Source: a virus
IMG/VR virus record: IMGVR_UViG_3300007523_000008
Location: 9,166 to 73,165 of that record
DNA length: 64,000 nt
Direction: 5' to 3' (one strand)
The translations under genes and the position numbers were made by a program. Shown one piece after another: positions 58,008 to 64,000 of this stretch. The notes beneath the pieces were generated by a model. It saw only the letters and a program-made list of their open reading frames with translations. It was not told the DNA's origin and searched no databases. Position 1 is the first letter of the stretch, and every line of letters begins with the position of its first letter.

Positions 58008-58809
58008 CTGATATTATAGTAGGCACTTGTAGCCACCCTTCACATCGAATATCTCTTTGGTCCACATTTAGGTCCGGGCCAAACCACGTGTCTGGTGTCA
58101 CTACAACCTTATTTGGATTGCGAGATAACCATGCTCCCCACCATGTAAATGTAGAATTTGAAATAACGAAGTGGTGACACAACGAAAGTAACCACAGTGC
58201 TTCCCAAGTTACATAAGATACAAATATCATATTGGGTAATTTCAGATTTTCTTTACACCACGGAATATCATCGCTGACAACGAAAGTGTGATTCGTTGGC
58301 GGTAGCAAAGAATGAGCAGCGTGTAGATATCCAGCAGTGACAACTGGATGTCTGATTGGAAAGGTGAGAAAATCTCCCCGGCGGACAACAACCGCTGATA
58401 CAGGTTCGTTATTTAGTTGTGGGTATTCCCGCAGAACCTTATCGATGAAAGCTGTCGTGGGTTCAAATAACCATCGCACTGGTTCCGAATAGTCTTTAAA
58501 ATATTTTTCCGTTTCGTAATACCCACGGAAAATTGTTGGTTTTGTAGGATGGGGAACATAAACTTGATGTTGGTGGGTTCCGTGTATTGTATGAAAGCCC
58601 GGACCGTCTGTCGGTGAAACGTTAATCTGAAATTCTAATTTTCTATGGACGGTTGTGTAATAGTCTGAAACCGACGTGTCGTTCCGGGGAAGAATTAGTT
58701 GGCGGTTGTGACGAAGTGATTGTGCATATACATTTGCAATTTGAAACATCTGATTTCCGAGCCTACCAATCAAATGACTCGTGATATAGTTTGGGGTTAG
58801 AATATTCAT
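57985..58809 (-). CDS. GT11 alpha-1,2-fucosyltransferase-like glycosyltransferase
   Basis: GRLGNQMFQ, GY.....YF, VRRGD, SDD..WC, C.H.VISNSTF.WWGAWL. Confidence 0.88.
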   Translation of the reverse strand: MNILTPNYITSHLIGRLGNQMFQIANVYAQSLRHNRQLILPRNDTSVSDYYTTVHRKLEFQINVSPTDGPGFHTIHGTHQHQVYVPHPTKPTIFRGYYETEKYFKDYSEPVRWLFEPTTAFIDKVLREYPQLNNEPVSAVVVRRGDFLTFPIRHPVVTAGYLHAAHSLLPPTNHTFVVSDDIPWCKENLKLPNMIFVSYVTWEALWLLSLCHHFVISNSTFTWWGAWLSRNPNKVVVTPDTWFGPDLNVDQRDIRCEGWLQVPTIISDGFIHAK

Positions 58810-59504
58810 TTAACAATCTTCAATTTATCATAGGAATCATCCCAGTTTTTATTTAACAACGAGTGTCCACTAGCATCTATGTCACTTGGCCCTTCATTTT
58901 GTATCACCGACTTTGGATATACTAAATACTTCTTTAAACTCGTCCGGTGTGCCATCCAACCGTCATAAATAGAATCGTGGTAAGGCCGATATGTTAAAAT
59001 TTCATCTAAACATTTTCGGTTTACGCCGACAGCATGCATTGTCAACACTTTTTCCACTCTAAGTAAATTTTCTGATACTTGTATTCCTTGGTGATCTTTA
59101 ACAAGTCCGCCCAAATATAATAAATCCCAGTCCGGAAATTGTTCAATCTGATCGAGGGCCGCTTCAATTGTGGAAAGTCCGCCATCTAAAAAATGTGCAT
59201 CATCCTCACAAACTAAACCGCGTTCAACGTTGTCTGCTTTCATTTGAGCGAATACGTTGTGAAAAGCCTTACTACAACACATCCCCGACCACACGTAACT
59301 CGGCTCCCATGGATTTATAGCTCTAGCTGTTGGGATATCGTCAACACCTAAATATCGCTCAAAGAATCCAACTAAATTTAGATTTTCAACTTCTTTTCCA
59401 AACGCAACGCGGCGTTCCGGCCGACGTTCTAAATTGATATAGTATCCTTTCTGAAAAAACTGATCTATCTTCATGACGACAACTCTCGAATAAAGTTTTC
59501 CCAC
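58806..59504 (-). CDS. GT25-family glycosyltransferase (beta-galactosyltransferase-like)
   Basis: YYINL.RRP.RR, C...H, LV.EDDA.F, WDLLYLG, D.W, Q....SDI. Confidence 0.8.
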   Translation of the reverse strand: MGKLYSRVVVMKIDQFFQKGYYINLERRPERRVAFGKEVENLNLVGFFERYLGVDDIPTARAINPWEPSYVWSGMCCSKAFHNVFAQMKADNVERGLVCEDDAHFLDGGLSTIEAALDQIEQFPDWDLLYLGGLVKDHQGIQVSENLLRVEKVLTMHAVGVNRKCLDEILTYRPYHDSIYDGWMAHRTSLKKYLVYPKSVIQNEGPSDIDASGHSLLNKNWDDSYDKLKIVK

Positions 59505-60649
59505 ATATTTCCAACCCTCTTTGCATTAAACCTGCCCACGATGAAGTCATATCCATTTGCTCGCAGAGCTTCTTTTTCTTGTGGGTTTGATTCAAGCCGT
59601 TGAATCGTTCTTACAATATTATCTGTGCAAGTAAATTTACCAGTTAAGTCCTTCGTCAATTGTTCTCTCTGCATCGCGGCTGGGTCTGTGTCTGCTGGGA
59701 AATCCAACCAGGCACAGTGACCATCGTAGTATTCTGGCAAGGCTCCGAGGGGATAGGTGATAACAATTGCGCCCAACGCAATTGCTTCCGCCACCACACA
59801 CGAAAAAGTATCTTTATGAACGTCTTGATAAGGAGTATACAGTGGGTAAACGAAATAATCACTTTTAGCAATTTCTGTAAACAGAGTTTTTTTATCTACC
59901 CCATTTCTGAGATGAAAGAATTCGTCCGGATGAGAATGTGTACACATGAGATAGTCAAATGCGTGAAAGTCTGCGTCTGGCCAATTCAATCGACGCACCG
60001 CCTCAACCGCAACATTTCCTCCGCGAGCCCAAGCAGCGTGAAAAACAAATTTATGTGGTCGCTTTGCTGGGCCCTCTTTTAAGACCTCATCTATGATATC
60101 GTCCATAATTGGATTCGGTATTAATGTCTGCACCGTCCCAGGCAGTTTATTCAGAGCATGATTGACTGTTGGTTGGGTCATAGAACGCTCCCACTCAGAT
60201 ATATTAACATACCCAAGCTTTAAATTGTTTTCGGAAGCATACTCGATCATCTCACTTATTCCGTACACCCATTGCATATGACACCAATAGATTAAGGCCT
60301 TTGTAACTTTAATGGGAAGTTCAGCGTACTTTGAAAACCACAGGCTGTTTACAAGAATGTCAAACGTTCTATTTTCTATTCCAGTGAATTCAAAATCCGT
60401 ATATGTTACTCCGCGAACTTTCTTACCCTGTTCAAAGTGGATTCCTTTTTTAGAATACTCTTCTTCTAATCTGGGTTCGAGTTTTTCCGAACAAATGACA
60501 ACCTCATGACCGTGGGACGCCAACTGCTCAGCAACTATAATCGAGCTTCCATCTGTTCCAGATCCTCCGCCGTTTCCGTATCTAACCGTGTCACCGTTTA
60601 GATAGTTACTACGGCGACTATTTCCAAGCACTGTAAATACAATTCTCAT
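59471..60649 (-). CDS. GT-B (GT4-like) glycosyltransferase
   Basis: GG.G.D.S...VAE.LA..GHEV, IPNPI, VYP.......DTF.CVVAEA.A.G...IT...GAL.E. Confidence 0.75.
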   Translation of the reverse strand: MRIVFTVLGNSRRSNYLNGDTVRYGNGGGSGTDGSSIIVAEQLASHGHEVVICSEKLEPRLEEEYSKKGIHFEQGKKVRGVTYTDFEFTGIENRTFDILVNSLWFSKYAELPIKVTKALIYWCHMQWVYGISEMIEYASENNLKLGYVNISEWERSMTQPTVNHALNKLPGTVQTLIPNPIMDDIIDEVLKEGPAKRPHKFVFHAAWARGGNVAVEAVRRLNWPDADFHAFDYLMCTHSHPDEFFHLRNGVDKKTLFTEIAKSDYFVYPLYTPYQDVHKDTFSCVVAEAIALGAIVITYPLGALPEYYDGHCAWLDFPADTDPAAMQREQLTKDLTGKFTCTDNIVRTIQRLESNPQEKEALRANGYDFIVGRFNAKRVGNMWENFIRELSS

Positions 60650-61899
60650 AATTTCTTTTCATATCGTTTAGTCCACAAGTTCTGTTTACTATGGGCGTAC
60701 ATTACAAGTTTATCTGGCGGATGATCCGCTATTATATCAGCCTCAATACTGTTTTGATTATATTTGAATATTTCGGAATGAGTTTCTGGTTTAAAATCTA
60801 CCCTAAAAAGGTTTGTGTTAAATTTATCCACGATACCCAGTGTAATGAATTCGTAGTCGCCTATATCCTCACTCTTGAAATGATCGACGTCCCACTCTAC
60901 TTTTAATTTAACATTCGTTTTTTTAAACTCTTCTTCCCACTGCGGTGAATTTGGTGGTTCTTTTACAAGTAGTGTATAGTTCTGAATTAGACAATTTTTA
61001 AAATCAAATCCACCATATATTTCATAATCGTGAAGACTTCGCACCGTACCGAGTCCGCCTGTTGTCATATCGATTCCGTTATCCTCTTGACCAAATAGCT
61101 GGCGAGTTTTACTTCTAGCAAGCGCGTCACGTTCTCCGCTCGTTTTTTTAGTAGAACTCTCCTTACCGTGATCGTCCCAGTGTTTTGGGCGATACTTGCG
61201 AGTATACTCATGCCACATTAACATCCGATATGGACTGAAGAAATCATAACCACTGGTGAATGCACGGACACTCATCGTAGTTTCCTCTGTATAGCCACCA
61301 AAGTAAATGTCTGGGTCATATGGAACATCCTTAATAAATTCTCCAGAAACAAAATAGAAGTGACCACTTAAAGTTCGGGCGCGGATGACCTTATCCCGCG
61401 TCTTATAATCTTGGATATAATAAGGCATACTCATCAGCAACTTATCAGAGCTGAATTCGTACTGCGACATTAGACATGGTGCTGGATTATAAGTTGAGGC
61501 ATCAGCCTTGGTATCGAATGGTGTACAATATGTTGTTAGTATAGGTTTTGGTGACATTGTTAAGGCTTGTTCATAATCTTCCATCATTATGACATCCCAA
61601 TCCTGTACAAACCTATGATGGCTATCTAATTGAAGGGTGTATTTTTCACCATCGTATAGCTGGTTTGTAATATTTCTGGCCCAACCCAAACCCTGACTTT
61701 CGGTATAACTATATTCTTTAACTCGCACTCTCGGGTCTGTGGCAAATTCTTCTAAGGACTCTGTATCATCTCGTTGCCAACAAATCCCAAACGTGAAGCG
61801 TTCTGGATGTTTTGCCTTTTTAATACAGTCTCGAATCGTCAAAGAAAGTTCGGGGTCTCTGTAGGAAGCAATCTGAATAAATATTTTATCGTCTATCAT
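60646..61899 (-). CDS. GT60-like polypeptide/hydroxyproline alpha-GlcNAc transferase (Skp1 Gnt1/Gnt2 family)
   Basis: IFIQIASYRD.EL..TI, G.GWAR, Y.LQLDSHHRF...WD, VPYDP..YF.G..EE.....R.FT.GYD, H.Y, GLG..RSL.DY. Confidence 0.82.
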   Translation of the reverse strand: MIDDKIFIQIASYRDPELSLTIRDCIKKAKHPERFTFGICWQRDDTESLEEFATDPRVRVKEYSYTESQGLGWARNITNQLYDGEKYTLQLDSHHRFVQDWDVIMMEDYEQALTMSPKPILTTYCTPFDTKADASTYNPAPCLMSQYEFSSDKLLMSMPYYIQDYKTRDKVIRARTLSGHFYFVSGEFIKDVPYDPDIYFGGYTEETTMSVRAFTSGYDFFSPYRMLMWHEYTRKYRPKHWDDHGKESSTKKTSGERDALARSKTRQLFGQEDNGIDMTTGGLGTVRSLHDYEIYGGFDFKNCLIQNYTLLVKEPPNSPQWEEEFKKTNVKLKVEWDVDHFKSEDIGDYEFITLGIVDKFNTNLFRVDFKPETHSEIFKYNQNSIEADIIADHPPDKLVMYAHSKQNLWTKRYEKKL

Positions 61900-61976
61900 G
61901 GTTGTATATACATACAGACAGACTGTGGAAATACCACAGAATATTCACATATAATAAAACCAATGATGATTTTATA

Positions 61977-63551
61977 TTACGGGCTGTAAGGTGCGTCTGC
62001 CGAACAATTGTAAAGTTGTGTCCAGAATCCGTCTGGTGGACTATCGTCGGAACTCACGCAAACCACTTCACCATTCAGAAACATTCTCGTAATGGTAACA
62101 CCACTGCAATATTTAACCGATAGATATTGATTGTAATTTTGTTTTGCCCACATTATGCAAGCGGGGCTATAGGTTGCTGTTGGGTGCGTGAACGCTGTAG
62201 CAACACTGCTGATTTCGAGGTATCCGATATTATAGTTCGGTGCTCCGCCGACGCCATTATCGGTTGTTACCATATTCTTAACACCGCTTGTATCGACTAT
62301 AGTTCCAGAATCATAATTTGTTCCGGTCTGTGCATTGCGAATATTATAGTGATACGATGAACCATAGTTGATTCCAGAAACATTCATGTAAGCTGGTTGG
62401 TTTGGAGCAATCATACACATGGTTGAGGCGTAATTAAACTTTCCCCCACCCGTTCTCGTAATAGAAATAAATGTTGGATTGACAGTCGCAACGGTTGGCG
62501 AGCTAATAACAGCCGAATAATTTCTTCCACTGACAAGGGTAAAGTTCCTCGATACGGTTTGGGCCGAGTTAATGGTTGTGGCATAGAGCGTAGTTGACGT
62601 GGTAGAATCCCCGAAAGTGATAGCAATTGGAAATTGTGTGGCTGTTAGTAAATCGAAATAGACTGTAACATCCGTGGACCCATTTGGCTTAACACGCAAC
62701 CACAGATTATTATCACAATTTAAAACGTGAGTATTTCCCCGAGCTGAGACGTATGAAAATTCAAACGTTGATGATGGTGTTAACTTGGCTGTCGGTGTAA
62801 TCACAACGGTTGATGCTGGCATCAATATTCTGTTTGGGTGCGTGGTTAATTTGTTGACACCATCTACCAAATAAAAAGTTCCAACATCTGACCAGCTATT
62901 AAACTCGTAACCGGAAGCAAAAGTCGTTCCAACATTTACATATGTTCCAGCTGTATAAAATCCGGAGCCGTAAGGCGCTCCAATTCCAGGTTGTCCACCG
63001 TTTACCGAAAGTTGGTATGTTGTGGCTGCGGGTGTGGTTGGGACAGGAGTAGGCGTCAGTCCACCAGGAGTAGGCGCTGGCGTGGAGGTCGGCGCTGGCG
63101 TGGAAGTGGGAGTTGGCATAGGCGTTGGCGTCGGACCAACAACAACCGATTGATTATACCTATATGTTACTGTTCCAATTAATGTGGCGCGCAGTGTAAA
63201 AATACCAATTCCAGCTGCTCCATTGTAAGAGGCTGTTATGTAGGACGACATATTTGCGCCGATTGTTTCGGCGTCTCCATCACTCATTGTGTTTGGATTT
63301 TTAAAAGTTAATCCCGCTGGCGGACTAGGACTTAGACTATAAGTTACTGGTACAGAAAAATTATTTGGGTTATACAATTGAGCAACTAAAGAATTAGAAT
63401 AATTTTCTGAAAATGAAACACTCGCCGTGGACGTTCCAGTTGACGCCCAATACAGCGGTTGTATAGAAGCTAAAGACTGACTCTCTGGGTTGGATGTAAA
63501 ATTTCCATTTATATCCGTTATTTCAATAAAACCTATGTGTTCGTGGCTCAT
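61977..63551 (-). CDS. Multi-domain beta-rich protein with Pro-Thr linker (probable virion fibre/decoration)
   Basis: [36 protein letters not shown] linker; InlB-B-repeat-like GSG.Y..GT.V.V.......GY.F..WS. Confidence 0.6.
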   Translation of the reverse strand: MSHEHIGFIEITDINGNFTSNPESQSLASIQPLYWASTGTSTASVSFSENYSNSLVAQLYNPNNFSVPVTYSLSPSPPAGLTFKNPNTMSDGDAETIGANMSSYITASYNGAAGIGIFTLRATLIGTVTYRYNQSVVVGPTPTPMPTPTSTPAPTSTPAPTPGGLTPTPVPTTPAATTYQLSVNGGQPGIGAPYGSGFYTAGTYVNVGTTFASGYEFNSWSDVGTFYLVDGVNKLTTHPNRILMPASTVVITPTAKLTPSSTFEFSYVSARGNTHVLNCDNNLWLRVKPNGSTDVTVYFDLLTATQFPIAITFGDSTTSTTLYATTINSAQTVSRNFTLVSGRNYSAVISSPTVATVNPTFISITRTGGGKFNYASTMCMIAPNQPAYMNVSGINYGSSYHYNIRNAQTGTNYDSGTIVDTSGVKNMVTTDNGVGGAPNYNIGYLEISSVATAFTHPTATYSPACIMWAKQNYNQYLSVKYCSGVTITRMFLNGEVVCVSSDDSPPDGFWTQLYNCSADAPYSP

Positions 63552-63562
63552 TATATGTTAAA

Positions 63563-64000
63563 TTATGGAACGTACATCAACACGTCTATGCTGTAGTCGC
63601 CGTTCGTAGTGATAGTTGTTGTGGTGGTCCCATAATGGTCTATACCATTCCACACCAAAGTGCTCAATTGCCCTGAATCTGTCCCTGCCCAACAAGGAGT
63701 TGACGCACCATCACCACTCATAGCCCAAGGAGCCCCTGGAGTACATGACAGTGTTAATACAGTCCCGGTAGGGAACGAATAAGTGGCGGAGTCGTCGGTC
63801 CAAGTCTGGCCGTCAGAGTCGTTGGTAATGGATCCCAAAGCTCCAGATGTCCAGTTTATTGTTAGGGCCATGGTAGTTGGTGTGGCGGTTGGTGCTGGAG
63901 TGTCAGTAGGTGTCGGCGCTGGAGTGTCAGTAGGTGCTGGGGTTAGAGTCGGAGTCGGTGTTGGGCCACCAGCGGTCGGTGTAGGTGTAGCAGTAGGCGC
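63563..64000 (-). CDS. 3' part of a Pro-Thr-rich protein starting outside the window
   Basis: The frame of ORF 63563..63871 stays open to 64000 and reads APTATPTPTAGGPTPTPTLTPAPTDTPAPTPTDTPAPTATPTT-MALTIN. Confidence 0.7.
   Translation of the reverse strand, partial: APTATPTPTAGGPTPTPTLTPAPTDTPAPTPTDTPAPTATPTTMALTINWTSGALGSITNDSDGQTWTDDSATYSFPTGTVLTLSCTPGAPWAMSGDGASTPCWAGTDSGQLSTLVWNGIDHYGTTTTTITTNGDYSIDVLMYVP

Noticed and set aside
1-64000. Stop-codon reassignment, as in some large phages
   Set aside because: Core genes are full-length and tightly packed in the standard code, and TAA, TAG and TGA all terminate genes.

Overview
A 64-kb segment of a large T4-like (contractile-tailed) dsDNA phage genome read in the standard genetic code. 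Almost every gene is on the minus strand. In window order it holds: (1) a head module: major capsid, scaffold, several small probable internal head proteins, gp21-like protease, gp20-like portal carrying an atypical Pro1 intein, and gp17-like terminase; (2) a 959-aa RNA-ligase/HIGH-NTase/Pol-beta-NTase fusion; (3) a 2086-aa Ser/Thr-rich coiled-coil tail fibre; (4) a fused Mre11-Rad50, primase and RuvC-like resolvase; (5) a baseplate/tail block; (6) a gp55-like late sigma factor, peptide deformylase, CCA-adding enzyme and HD protein; (7) a five-gene sugar/glycosyltransferase cluster next to mucin-like Pro-Thr proteins. Four free-standing homing-endonuclease-like genes are interspersed, one of them frameshifted. 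The best candidates for undescribed biology are a phage-encoded mucin/Skp1-type O-glycosylation pathway for virion proteins, a possibly virion-packaged RNA/tRNA repair enzyme set, a non-canonical class-3-like intein in the portal, and a putative programmed -1 frameshift. All product calls rest on motif recognition by eye; no database searches were run.
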